DNA of 64,000 nt. It comes from a virus. The position numbers were made by a program, and so were the translations under genes. Under the pieces are notes generated by a model. The model saw nothing but the letters and a program-made list of their open reading frames with translations, was not told the DNA's origin and searched no databases. Where the stretch lies: positions 1 to 64,000 of IMG/VR virus record IMGVR_UViG_3300023174_000151; one strand, 5' to 3'. Below, one piece after another: positions 36,765 through 46,281 of this stretch (its first letter is position 1; every line of letters begins with the position of its first letter).

Positions 36765-37514
36765 ATGGATAGCCTAACACCCTCTGACTCATTTGTTGTT
36801 CGTGTATGGAACGACACTCCGATCTCTCGACGCACCAGCGATAGTTACGTTAACGCCACGGCAATGTGCCGAGCCAACGGCAAACGGTGGACCAAATACC
36901 GCGAGTCGGACCGGGCTAACGAGTATTTGGAAGCCCTTTCGACCGAAGCCCGAATTTCGGTCCACGCTTTGATCGAGTCCCGCGCCGGAGGTATTGATGG
37001 GGGCGAAACCTGGATTCACCCCCAGGTTGCTATTGACTTGGCTCGCTGGATTAATGCACCATTCGCAGTGTGGATGGATGGTTGGTTTCTTGAACAATTT
37101 GAAAATACACAAAAACAAAAAGCTGAACCACAACCTGCAATTTCTGGCGCAAACATACTTAACTTGTTAAAAGAATCTGTAGATTTTATTAAAGAGTTAG
37201 GGTGCCTTGAAGATAGGGATTGTATTTTGTTTTCAGATTTAGCTAGAAATAACGCAATGCGTGTTAACTCAGACTTTCTTCTTCCCCCTGGGGACGAGGA
37301 AATAACCATAAGTGATGCTTATCTAGAGTTATTCCAAAAGAATTTACCACGCAATCAAATGAGTAATGTTGGTAAATTTGTTGCTCAAAAATACCGTGTT
37401 GAGTTTAAACAAGAGCCGCCAACACGTATTCAATATGTAGATGGCGCTCCAAGGAGAGTTAAAAGCTATCAAAAAAACTGGTTGACTTCAGTGCTTACAT
37501 TACTTAAAGATTAG
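36765..37514 (+). CDS. KilA-N domain protein
   Basis: YVNATAMC.A.GK...TWIHP.VAIDLARWI. Confidence 0.9.
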   Translation: MDSLTPSDSFVVRVWNDTPISRRTSDSYVNATAMCRANGKRWTKYRESDRANEYLEALSTEARISVHALIESRAGGIDGGETWIHPQVAIDLARWINAPFAVWMDGWFLEQFENTQKQKAEPQPAISGANILNLLKESVDFIKELGCLEDRDCILFSDLARNNAMRVNSDFLLPPGDEEITISDAYLELFQKNLPRNQMSNVGKFVAQKYRVEFKQEPPTRIQYVDGAPRRVKSYQKNWLTSVLTLLKD

Positions 37515-37783
37515 TTGTTTCAACCTGCTCGTCAATCTCCTTAGCGTCAGGGGGAATTGTATTTAGAACATATTGAGAAATAACGCGGTAACAGCCCAAT
37601 GCTTCTTCCGTGTCCATTCCACCATTTACTAGATCAACAGCAGCTTGCAGGACGTCGTTTTGTTGTGGTGTCATTTGATGTTCCCGTTCGGGTAGAAAGT
37701 CGGATATCTTCCGATTATGTGGCCAAAACTTACCGTTCGGTAATAATAAAATTAAGTCTAGTGTTGTTTAGTCAGGATGTAGG

Positions 37784-38119
37784 TTAGGTAAAAAACGTAA
37801 ACCAAGTTCTTATGGCATCACCTGTAGCTGTACCTGGTGATGTACGTACTGCTTTTAATAATTGTTTAGGGTTAGTAAACAGTTGTGAGCCTGTGTCCTG
37901 GTACAACGTAAACCACACACCCTCGGTATTGTGTGTACCAGGGGGGACATTTGCGAATACGCGAAAGCTACCACCGTCAAATGTACGACTTACTCCAGCA
38001 GCAGGTGGTACCACACCACAAGCTTTAAGTACGGATGCCTTGAGTACCGACTCAGGAATAACAGCTAGTTGGCGCCAGGAGGGTTGAGTTCCTGTAACTG
38101 AAGTGTCGTCAATAGACAT
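37784..38119 (-). CDS. hypothetical protein
   Basis: 111-aa ORF. Confidence 0.5.
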   Translation of the reverse strand: MSIDDTSVTGTQPSWRQLAVIPESVLKASVLKACGVVPPAAGVSRTFDGGSFRVFANVPPGTHNTEGVWFTLYQDTGSQLFTNPKQLLKAVRTSPGTATGDAIRTWFTFFT

Positions 38120-38292
38120 TGCTTGCCCTAACTAGACTTTTCATAGAATAGCCTTTTGTTAAAATCGTGAAAAAGCAAGTCTAGCAAACAAAAAATGTAC
38201 CTACCAGACCTACGGTGTGCAAAAACATTATGTTCAGTAAGTTGAACACTACGTCAGTTACTGTCCGCGTTGGTGAACAGTAGTGGCGTTGA

Positions 38293-38469
38293 CTACTCAA
38301 CTACAGGCAGAGGTTCACCAAGTGACTCCAGCCAGCAAATTTGGCACCAATAGCCTTCGTGACTTGGAATAGTGCTCACAATTGTGTGGCTGTGAATCCC
38401 GTGCTTTGGGCAATCAATCTTTGGTGCTTGGTAGCCGACTGCTAACCTGGGGTAATCTTGTTGGGTCAT
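38293..38469 (-). CDS. 58-aa Cys/His zinc-finger-like protein (not in ORF track)
   Basis: CPKHG.H...WCQICW; stop lies in an AGTAGT palindrome arm. Confidence 0.65.
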   Translation of the reverse strand: MTQQDYPRLAVGYQAPKIDCPKHGIHSHTIVSTIPSHEGYWCQICWLESLGEPLPVVE

Positions 38470-38501
38470 GGTGGTATGGCGAGGGTCAGAAGAGAAGGTG
38501 A

Positions 38502-38729
38502 CTACTTACCTACTTCAATGGCATCCGTGAGTGGTGTCAAGTCTTCTGTTGTCCAGAAGGGTTTGGCAACCATTAGCTCTAGGTGCTCTACATTACGCTT
38601 GATTGTGTCGAGTTCATTGGAGGTACGGCTGGGCTTGGCGATCAGCTTGTTGATGAGACGTACGCTGTCAAGGGCAGCGGAATAGTGTTGAGCAATTTGC
38701 TCAGCAGTCGGGGCTTCCAGGATTGACAT
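38502..38729 (-). CDS. tail fibre accessory protein (putative)
   Basis: Directly downstream of fibre gene; RNVEHLELM..K.FWT.EDL. Confidence 0.65.
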   Translation of the reverse strand: MSILEAPTAEQIAQHYSAALDSVRLINKLIAKPSRTSNELDTIKRNVEHLELMVAKPFWTTEDLTPLTDAIEVGK

Positions 38730-38751
38730 TTGGCTCTTTGGGGAATGAAAG

Positions 38752-41589
38752 TTAAGCGCCCTTGAGGGCAGCTAGTTCTAATTGTAACTCTTTAACTATA
38801 ATAGTTAATTCTTGTACGGCATTTACCAGCACAGGAATCATGTTTGACTGAGCAAAGGTATATTGATTAGGATCGTTAGTGTCAACAAGATTAGTGTAAG
38901 AGGCATCAAAAGTTTCAATAGTTTCTAAGACTTCTTGAGCTATAAAACCTGCGGCTTGTTTACCTTGATCAGCATCAGTGTGACGTAGATTCCATTCAAA
39001 TTTACGGGGTTTTAGTGCAGCAATAAAATCCAAGCCAAGCGTTAAGTCTTGAATGTTAGCTTTATCACGGGCATCTGAAACAAAAGCCCAAGCCGATGCT
39101 ACACCTTGGAAACGCGCCACAACACTACCGTTGTATATGCTAACTTCATTGTTAACAGTTGCTGACGACCCAACAGATTGATAACCAATGAATATATTGT
39201 TGCTGCCAGTGGTGTTTGCGTTGGTGCCAATGCCATGTCCGGCACTGTATCCATTAGCAGTGTTGTAGTTACCAGTGGTGTTGGAGTAAAGGGCACTTAG
39301 TCCATTAGCAGTGTTGTATTCACCAGTGGTGTTGGAGTAAAGGGCACTGTATCCATTAGCAGTGTTCTGGGTACCAGTGGTGTTGGAGTAAAGGGCACTG
39401 TATCCATTAGCAGTGTTGTAGTTACCAGTGGTGTTGGAGTAAAGGGCACTGTATCCATTAGCAGTGTTGTAGTTACCAGTGGTGTTGGAGTAAAGGGCAC
39501 TGTATCCATTAGCAGTGTTCTGGGTACCAGTGGTGTTGGAGTAAAGGGCACTTAGTCCATTAGCAGTGTTGTATTCACCAGTGGTGTTGGAGTAAAGGGC
39601 ACTGTATCCATTAGCAGTGTTCTGGGTACCAGTGGTGTTGGATTTAAGGGCACTGTATCCATTAGCAGTGTTGTAGTTACCAGTGGTGTTGGAGTAAAGG
39701 GCATTTAGTCCAACCGCTGTATTAGAACTTATTGCCCCTGCACCACGCCCTACGGTTATTCCATAAACTAGCGCATCGCTATTCACTTGCAGGAGGTTGG
39801 CGCCAGACGCACTAGACGTGCCAACTAACAGTCTCCCGGAGCTGTCGATGCGGGCGCGTTCGGTGGTAGCTGAATAATTGCTTGCGCCACCGGTAGCAAA
39901 AATAAGATTATTACGAGAAAAGAAGCCTAAATCACCATCGCCTGCGTTTACGGCGCCAAGACCGCACAATGTATCGTCACTGGTAGTTCTGCTAAATCGA
40001 ATACCAGCACCTTCGCCTGTAAAGTTATCAAGCGTTAATTGCCCAATGCGTGTGTTTATGTTTGTACCATCAGACACAAGTAGTCTTGCGTCAGGCCCAG
40101 TAGAGCCAATCCCTACTTGGCCTGAGGAATTTATGTACATCCGATATGTAGCTGCAGTATTGTCCCATATACCAAAGGCTCCACTAGCATTTACACCGAG
40201 CGAGTATTTATTTGCGCCTGTTCCAGTGTTATCAATAGAGATACATGGAAGATTTCCTGTGAGCTGAAGTTGTTGGCCAAATCCTGCTGTATTAGTAGGC
40301 GAACTAGTCCCCAGACCTAATCGGCCTGAAGAATCCAGGCGCATCCGCTCGACTGCCGATGCGTTATTACTTGCAGTGGTGCAAAATTGGATGTTGCCGT
40401 TACCTATTTCGGCTTCAAGATTGATAAAGCAAGTGGCTGCTCCGGTGTTGACAATCGAGCCATCAACGGGATTGCGGTTTGCCGCTATTTGAGTAGTGTA
40501 ACCACTGGCACCAAGAAATGCAGCGCTAGTAGCAGAGTTAATCCTGACTGTTTGTGCAGAGCTTCCGCCAAGGTGTAAGGCTGTACTCGGTGTTGTTCCA
40601 ATACCAATTCTCCCACTCGCATCAACAAACAACCGCCCAGTGCCATTAGTTGAGATGGCTAGTTGGTTTGCACCAGGGGAAAATATACCTGTGTCTGGGT
40701 CTGAAAGTATGGCTAGTGACGGGAGTGCGGCTGTACCACTAGCAATAATGCCAGATGTAAAGGTTGCTGTAGTACCTGTTAATGAAGTGAATGTTCCCGT
40801 AGGAGCAATAACAGTTGCACCAGAAACTTGTGTAGTAAAGACTCCTGATGTGAAGGTAGCAGTCGTACCTGTAGTTGTAGTACCTGTTAGGGAAGTAAAT
40901 GTACCTGTTGTGGCAATAGCAGTTACACCGGAAACTTGTGTAGTGAAGACGCCAGATACAAAATTAGCAGTCGTACCTGTAGTTGTAGTACCTGTTAATG
41001 AAGTGAATGTTCCCGTAGGAGCAATGACAGTTGCACCGGAAACTTGTGTAGTAAATACACCTGATGCAAAGTTAGCACTAGTACCTGTAATTGTAGTACC
41101 TGTTAGGGAAGTAAATGTGCCTGTTGTGGCAATAACTGTTGTACCAGAAACTTGTGTAGTGAATACACCAGATGCAAAATTAGCAGTCGTACCTGTAGTT
41201 GTAGTACCTGTTAGGGAAGTAAATGTTCCTGTAGGAGCAATAACAGTTGCACCGGAAACTTGTGTAGTGAATACACCAGATGCAAAATTAGCAGTCGTAC
41301 CTGTAGTTGTAGTACCCGTTAGTGAAGTAAATGTTCCTGTTGTGGCAATAACAGTTGCACCGGAAACTTGTGTAGTGAAGACGCCAGATACAAAGTTAGC
41401 AGTTGTACCAGTAACAGTTACGCCTGAGATTGTTGTACCGCCTCTAATTACATCTCCAGAAATTGTTCCAGTTGCGGTTATGTTTCCTGTGAAGGTAGGA
41501 TTTTGAACTAAACCAGAAAGTGAAATACTTTTATCTACGCCATTATCGGTAAACGTAACTGTGTCAACTTTGATAATTCCGTAAGGCAT
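38752..41589 (-). CDS. tail fibre with C-terminal peptidase S74 intramolecular chaperone
   Basis: Thr/Gly repeats, RLDSSGRLG-type motifs, SDARDK.NI...L.P..F.W, GFIAQE, terminal coiled coil. Confidence 0.9.
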   Translation of the reverse strand: MPYGIIKVDTVTFTDNGVDKSISLSGLVQNPTFTGNITATGTISGDVIRGGTTISGVTVTGTTANFVSGVFTTQVSGATVIATTGTFTSLTGTTTTGTTANFASGVFTTQVSGATVIAPTGTFTSLTGTTTTGTTANFASGVFTTQVSGTTVIATTGTFTSLTGTTITGTSANFASGVFTTQVSGATVIAPTGTFTSLTGTTTTGTTANFVSGVFTTQVSGVTAIATTGTFTSLTGTTTTGTTATFTSGVFTTQVSGATVIAPTGTFTSLTGTTATFTSGIIASGTAALPSLAILSDPDTGIFSPGANQLAISTNGTGRLFVDASGRIGIGTTPSTALHLGGSSAQTVRINSATSAAFLGASGYTTQIAANRNPVDGSIVNTGAATCFINLEAEIGNGNIQFCTTASNNASAVERMRLDSSGRLGLGTSSPTNTAGFGQQLQLTGNLPCISIDNTGTGANKYSLGVNASGAFGIWDNTAATYRMYINSSGQVGIGSTGPDARLLVSDGTNINTRIGQLTLDNFTGEGAGIRFSRTTSDDTLCGLGAVNAGDGDLGFFSRNNLIFATGGASNYSATTERARIDSSGRLLVGTSSASGANLLQVNSDALVYGITVGRGAGAISSNTAVGLNALYSNTTGNYNTANGYSALKSNTTGTQNTANGYSALYSNTTGEYNTANGLSALYSNTTGTQNTANGYSALYSNTTGNYNTANGYSALYSNTTGNYNTANGYSALYSNTTGTQNTANGYSALYSNTTGEYNTANGLSALYSNTTGNYNTANGYSAGHGIGTNANTTGSNNIFIGYQSVGSSATVNNEVSIYNGSVVARFQGVASAWAFVSDARDKANIQDLTLGLDFIAALKPRKFEWNLRHTDADQGKQAAGFIAQEVLETIETFDASYTNLVDTNDPNQYTFAQSNMIPVLVNAVQELTIIVKELQLELAALKGA
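39242..39723 (-). repeat. 51-bp (17-aa) tandem repeat, 9 full copies plus a partial
   Basis: NTANGYSALYSNTTGxx units, near-identical at DNA level. Confidence 0.95.
40760..41410 (-). repeat. 108-bp (36-aa) tandem repeat, about 6 copies
   Basis: TGTTANFxSGVFTTQVSGATVIAxTGTFTSLTGTTT. Confidence 0.9.
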
Positions 41590-41628
41590 TTTGTGTTCCT
41601 TGTTTTTTCTTTATTTTAACCGAAAAAA

Positions 41629-42276
41629 CTAAACAAGGATGATTAAAGGGCCTTTGAAATTTAAAACTGCAAATTGTCCGTAAAATTGTTTTGCAGCTAA
41701 ATCATAAGCTTTAGCTGCATCTTCTTCTTTATGAAATCTTCCAAGTTCTTTTGGTTTACCGTTAATTACAATTCTTGCACGCCACTTGTTTCTAGGCTTA
41801 TGCCAGTAAACACCTTTATACTTGCTTGTTTTTTTCTCTTTTATTGCAGGAGTTAATTGTCGGTTATGACAATTTGATGCAGAAGTTGCAAGGCGTAAAT
41901 TCCCAATATTATTATTTTGTTTATTTTGATCGATATGATCTATTTGTAACTCTGCAGGATCTTCGTCAAAATAAAGAGCCCAAACAAATCGGTGGCACGC
42001 CCAAGATTCTTTTTTGTACTTAACATACCAGTATTGTCCATTTCTTATACCACCTGCGGGCATCCCAACGTTTTTGCCTTTCTTCCATAAGAGTCCAGAT
42101 GGGCTATCTTGAGAGATTTTAAAAGCAAGGGATAGTTCTTTGAGCAGCGGTAAAGGCTTTGACTTGACCAAGTTGTTTTGGACGGGCTTTATAGTATAAA
42201 CCAAAACCGCTATAAAATAATCAAAGGGCCACGGATAACAAATCCACTGGTACTGCCCGAGACAACGCCAGAACAA
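41629..42276 (-). CDS. HNH-AP2 homing endonuclease
   Basis: HRFVW, IDHIDQNKQNN.I.NLR, SKYKGVYW..KWRARI..LGRF..EEDAAKAYD; true start probably near 42171. Confidence 0.9.
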   Translation of the reverse strand: MFWRCLGQYQWICYPWPFDYFIAVLVYTIKPVQNNLVKSKPLPLLKELSLAFKISQDSPSGLLWKKGKNVGMPAGGIRNGQYWYVKYKKESWACHRFVWALYFDEDPAELQIDHIDQNKQNNNIGNLRLATSASNCHNRQLTPAIKEKKTSKYKGVYWHKPRNKWRARIVINGKPKELGRFHKEEDAAKAYDLAAKQFYGQFAVLNFKGPLIILV

Positions 42277-43991
42277 ATTAAAGCAGGAGAAGCACCTGAT
42301 ACTGTTGTTATATGAAGAGTGCTTCCTGTCAGAGTAGTAAATAAACCTGTATTACCTGTTATTGTTGTGCCTGAAACCTGTGTAGTAAATACACCGGATA
42401 CAAAATTAGCAGTTGTACCAGTAGTTGTGGTACCTGTTAAGGAAACAAATGTTCCAGTGGTTGCAGCAACTGTTGTACCTGTAAATGTCTGTCCACTAAC
42501 TGTTCCTGTAACACTGATACCTGAGCTAAAAAACCCTGAACCAAGCGTAGAGGTATTACCTGAAAAAACTAAACCTCCTGAATAACTTTGGTTAACTGCA
42601 TTGATGGTCGTAAAATTACCAGTTGCTGCAGCAAACGTAGTACCTGTGAGATTAACAAAATCTCCTGATGTGCCTTGAATTAAGTTACCTGTAATTGTTG
42701 CGCCAGAAGCACTGGTTGTAAATACAGCAACTTGTCCAGTTACAGACGTAAAGGAACCTGTGTCTCCTGTGACGAGTGTTCCAGATACACGTGTTGTAAA
42801 TGTTCCGGTAGCTCCTGTAACAGATGAAAATGCTGCTACGTCACCAGTAACAATGGCACCTGAAACTTTAGTTGTGAAATTACCAGATACACCATTAACT
42901 ACTGAAAATAAACCAGATGTTCCAGTAATAGTTACGCCTGAAATATTACTTGTAAATACTCCAGAAACACCTGAAACAAAAGTAGCTGCAACTGTATTCC
43001 CTGTTACAAGTAAACCTGATACACGATTTGTAAATGTACCTGATACACCTGTTAATTGTGTAATGTTTCCTGTGTCTCCAATAATGGATGCCCCTGATAA
43101 GAATTGTGTAAATACACCTGAAACACCTGTAACATTACCAAATGAACTATTGTTTCCCGTAATCGTTGCACCAGATAACCTGGTTGTAAATACACCAGAC
43201 ACTCCAGTGATATTACTCACTAAGGTTGTATCACCTGTAATCGTTGCTCCTGAAAGCTGACTAGTAAAAACACCTGAAACACCAGTAACTGTACTGAATT
43301 TAGCTGTAGTTCCGGTTACCGTAGTGCCAGATAATGTTCCTGTGACTTGTACGCCGGAAGCAAATTGGGCAAGTCCAGTAACTGTTAGGCCACTTGCTAC
43401 GGAGAGATTTCCGGTTACGGCTAAAATAGGTATATTTAAAGTTTGGAAAGTTCCTGTTGTAGCTTCTACTGTTGTTCCTGTAATTGTTGTTCCACTTAAA
43501 TTAATAAATGTTCCCGAGGTTGCAAGTATCTGCCCACCAGTTATTGTGGTTCCTGATAAATTTTGAAATCTTCCACTTGTAAATAAACTAGATGTTCCTG
43601 TGGTTGTTGTGGTTGTGGCTGTAACTGCATTGACAAAAGTACCTTGTAAATATGTACCTGTTACTGTTGTTCCGCTTATAACGCCGCTAACAGTAGCGTT
43701 ATTTTGTACTAGGAGACCACTAACGGTTGTTAAACCGGAAGCTGTAATTGTGGAAAAGGTACTAGTACCGCTTACAGAAAGATTTCCAGTAACTGTAATA
43801 TTTCCACTAAAAGTAGCACCACTAGTAGAAGGATAATAAGTGTCAAGATAATCTTTGAATTGTATAAATGTAATTTTTTTATTACGTAACGTTGGATCCA
43901 CTTCAAAAACGTGGACAAGCGTTAGCAAGTCTTCTTCGTCAATTTGGTTTCCGTCAATAGATGGAAACTCACTTATTCTACGGTTTGCCAC
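42210..43991 (-). CDS. repetitive tail fibre / spike protein
   Basis: MANRRISE start; many SGVFT..SG.TITG repeats. Confidence 0.8.
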   Translation of the reverse strand: MANRRISEFPSIDGNQIDEEDLLTLVHVFEVDPTLRNKKITFIQFKDYLDTYYPSTSGATFSGNITVTGNLSVSGTSTFSTITASGLTTVSGLLVQNNATVSGVISGTTVTGTYLQGTFVNAVTATTTTTTGTSSLFTSGRFQNLSGTTITGGQILATSGTFINLSGTTITGTTVEATTGTFQTLNIPILAVTGNLSVASGLTVTGLAQFASGVQVTGTLSGTTVTGTTAKFSTVTGVSGVFTSQLSGATITGDTTLVSNITGVSGVFTTRLSGATITGNNSSFGNVTGVSGVFTQFLSGASIIGDTGNITQLTGVSGTFTNRVSGLLVTGNTVAATFVSGVSGVFTSNISGVTITGTSGLFSVVNGVSGNFTTKVSGAIVTGDVAAFSSVTGATGTFTTRVSGTLVTGDTGSFTSVTGQVAVFTTSASGATITGNLIQGTSGDFVNLTGTTFAAATGNFTTINAVNQSYSGGLVFSGNTSTLGSGFFSSGISVTGTVSGQTFTGTTVAATTGTFVSLTGTTTTGTTANFVSGVFTTQVSGTTITGNTGLFTTLTGSTLHITTVSGASPALICSGVVSGSTSGFVIRGPLIIL

Positions 43992-44036
43992 CTACTTCTC
44001 AATATATGTGCGTACTTTAATTATAAAGCGTTTTCC

Positions 44037-44348
44037 TTACTTTACTCTAATTTCTATGCGAGGTAAAACATTTGTGCCATAGTTCCAAATCTGTTGTATT
44101 CCTGTTACAATTCCACAAGCTACAGCAAATAACAAAAGTAATTCTGCAACAGTCCAGTTGCGACGCACATAAACAATCCTTGGGCCTTGTTGTGTTTGCA
44201 CTGTTTGTTGTTGAATTCCTTGTTGAATTCCCTGTTGTATTGCCATTTCCATGGCACGAGCTTTCATTTCTGCAAGTTGTGCAGGGGAGATTGACCCCTC
44301 TGGCATCTGTGGAATTGAAGGTTGGCTAGGCGGAATCTGGTCTTCCAT
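44037..44348 (-). CDS. small membrane protein
   Basis: Gln-rich segment then one hydrophobic helix. Confidence 0.65.
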   Translation of the reverse strand: MEDQIPPSQPSIPQMPEGSISPAQLAEMKARAMEMAIQQGIQQGIQQQTVQTQQGPRIVYVRRNWTVAELLLLFAVACGIVTGIQQIWNYGTNVLPRIEIRVK

Positions 44349-44401
44349 AATGGTTGTTTTATCTTTAAAAACGTTAGCATGTTCTCGACTTATTTGTCGT
44401 T

Positions 44402-44836
44402 ATGTACACCGGAATTCCTAAAGGGCTACAGGATATTGTTGCTGAACTCAAAAGCATCAAGCACATACTGGCCTCAATGTGGCACAGTCGCTACCAAGAG
44501 GGCGAAACGGATCAGTTAAATCCAGAAGCCTATACTGACGAGTACATTTCTACTGAAGAGTGTGGCAGGCGTCTAGGTATATCAGATCAGACGGTAAGAA
44601 ATTGGATTTCTATCGGTAAGAACAACCCAAGTAAGGGCTGGGTAGAGGGCCTTCATTACGTCAACGCATCTCCTAATCCTGGTAAAAAAGCACTTCTTCG
44701 TATCCCCTGGAACACTTTAGTTCGTTCTTTTGCTAAAAATAAGAAAATAGATCAGGCAGATTTACGTGACAATCTTCCTTCCATGTATTGCACAACCACA
44801 GCTGAAAAGGTTATGGAAAATGGCACACCGCTTTAA
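44402..44836 (+). CDS. HTH (excisionase/MerR-like) DNA-binding protein
   Basis: YISTEEC.RRLGISDQTVRNWI; WVEGLHY. Confidence 0.75.
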   Translation: MYTGIPKGLQDIVAELKSIKHILASMWHSRYQEGETDQLNPEAYTDEYISTEECGRRLGISDQTVRNWISIGKNNPSKGWVEGLHYVNASPNPGKKALLRIPWNTLVRSFAKNKKIDQADLRDNLPSMYCTTTAEKVMENGTPL

Positions 44837-45278
44837 AAATGTAGATATTGCAGCGGTCACTCTTGACAATGTCAATGAGGTGCTTCCAGAATCCCTTTTT
44901 TTACAGTTGGAATTTTTTCTTCCGCCTGAAGGTTCTTTTGATGATGGTTGCTTACAAAGATACCTGACAATCTTAAAACAATATGAAGAAGAGGATGAGA
45001 ATTCTCACATGACGTTAGCGAATCGTTTACGTCTTGCGTTCCAGGAACCTACGCCAGCTACAATATGCGGTAAATTCCCACAAGCAGAACTTCCCTTGAA
45101 AAGGCGGTTGCGTTGTGTAGCGGAGTATTTGATTCGTTCAGGTGAATTAGATAAGGTTAAAGATGAAAATGGAAAGCTTGTAAAAAAGCGTGGCATCTTA
45201 GGTAAAATGGTAGTGCTGTACAGACCTACTGGTAAGCTGCTAGAGTCTTTAGTACGTCAAGGGTTAATAGAAAAATGA
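44766..45278 (+). CDS. hypothetical protein
   Basis: ORF; probable start at MAHRF. Confidence 0.65.
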   Translation: MTIFLPCIAQPQLKRLWKMAHRFKNVDIAAVTLDNVNEVLPESLFLQLEFFLPPEGSFDDGCLQRYLTILKQYEEEDENSHMTLANRLRLAFQEPTPATICGKFPQAELPLKRRLRCVAEYLIRSGELDKVKDENGKLVKKRGILGKMVVLYRPTGKLLESLVRQGLIEK

Positions 45279-45661
45279 ACCGCAGAGAAAACTTAATTGC
45301 TTCTGTTATCGGTCCAGAGTTGGACGAAACAAAAGCTAAGATGCTCGACGCAACACTTAAGTTGATTCTTGGTGATATGGGAGAACAGTACTGTAAACAT
45401 TGGGAGCTTTCTGGTCCAGGTGTAATGGTCTTTCAACCAGAACATAAAGATCGCACAATGTTCTATTGGTTACTTTCTGAAATACATAAGGCACAAGAGA
45501 AATCTGAAAGAGAAAACAACGGAGATCTAGCAGAAACATTTAGACGTATTCTTGAGTCTGCACAGAAAATTAATCCAGTAGAGAATGCTGGTTATGTAAT
45601 CAATGACAATGAGGGCATTCGCTATTTCCAAATAGACTATAACAAAACAGCTGAGTCTTAA
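45275..45661 (+). CDS. hypothetical protein
   Basis: Coupled ORF. Confidence 0.65.
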   Translation: MNRRENLIASVIGPELDETKAKMLDATLKLILGDMGEQYCKHWELSGPGVMVFQPEHKDRTMFYWLLSEIHKAQEKSERENNGDLAETFRRILESAQKINPVENAGYVINDNEGIRYFQIDYNKTAES

Positions 45662-46248
45662 TGGGAATACAGAATATACATAGTCACACCGAAGATCGGG
45701 AATTCATTACCAACCAAGATCTTGTTACCGCAGCACATGGTTTACTTGGAGGTATTGACCTTGATCCAGCAAGTTCTGAGTTTGCAAACACTCATGTATG
45801 TGCAGATGAAATCTACACACCATCCGATGATGGTTTAAATTGCCAACCTTGGTACGGCAAGGTGTATCTCTTCCCTCCAGCAGGAGCCTATTTTTGGGAC
45901 AAGAAACGTCAACGTTGGAAAATGACTAGAGCATCTTCTCCATCGTTAATGTCATCTCATGCTGTTTGGTTCAATCGTCTTTATAAGGAGTGGTTGGCAG
46001 GAGAAGTTACAGAAGGTTTGTTCTTTACTAACGTTCCAGACATGATTAGGTATGATCCAAGGATCTTTAAGTTCCCTTTGTGTATCTTGAAGACACCGCC
46101 AACACTTCTAAAAAGAACCAGTGAGGGTCTCACTAAACACAAGACGTGTACTTCGTTGATCGTTTACATGCCGCCAAAGAATGACACAGCAGACTTTATA
46201 GAAAAATTCATTAGTATTTATGAAGAGAAGGGGCACATCCTGAGTTGA
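45661..46248 (+). CDS. phage DNA N6-adenine methyltransferase-like protein (altered motif IV)
   Basis: IDLDPAS..AN...DDGL..PW.GKVYLFPPA. Confidence 0.65.
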   Translation: MGIQNIHSHTEDREFITNQDLVTAAHGLLGGIDLDPASSEFANTHVCADEIYTPSDDGLNCQPWYGKVYLFPPAGAYFWDKKRQRWKMTRASSPSLMSSHAVWFNRLYKEWLAGEVTEGLFFTNVPDMIRYDPRIFKFPLCILKTPPTLLKRTSEGLTKHKTCTSLIVYMPPKNDTADFIEKFISIYEEKGHILS

Positions 46249-46281
46249 TCCTGTAAGCTAGTCCAGGACCTACCAACGAGT

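Noticed and set aside
39099-39551. Alternative-frame repeat ORFs (MPFTPTPLV...)
   Set aside because: By-products of the 51-bp repeat in another frame
41629-42240. Group I intron around the HNH-AP2 gene
   Set aside because: No non-coding room for an intron core, and the upstream gene already has a complete end
40640-43836. Long plus-strand Val/Pro-rich ORFs
   Set aside because: Antisense shadows of Thr/Gly-rich fibre repeats
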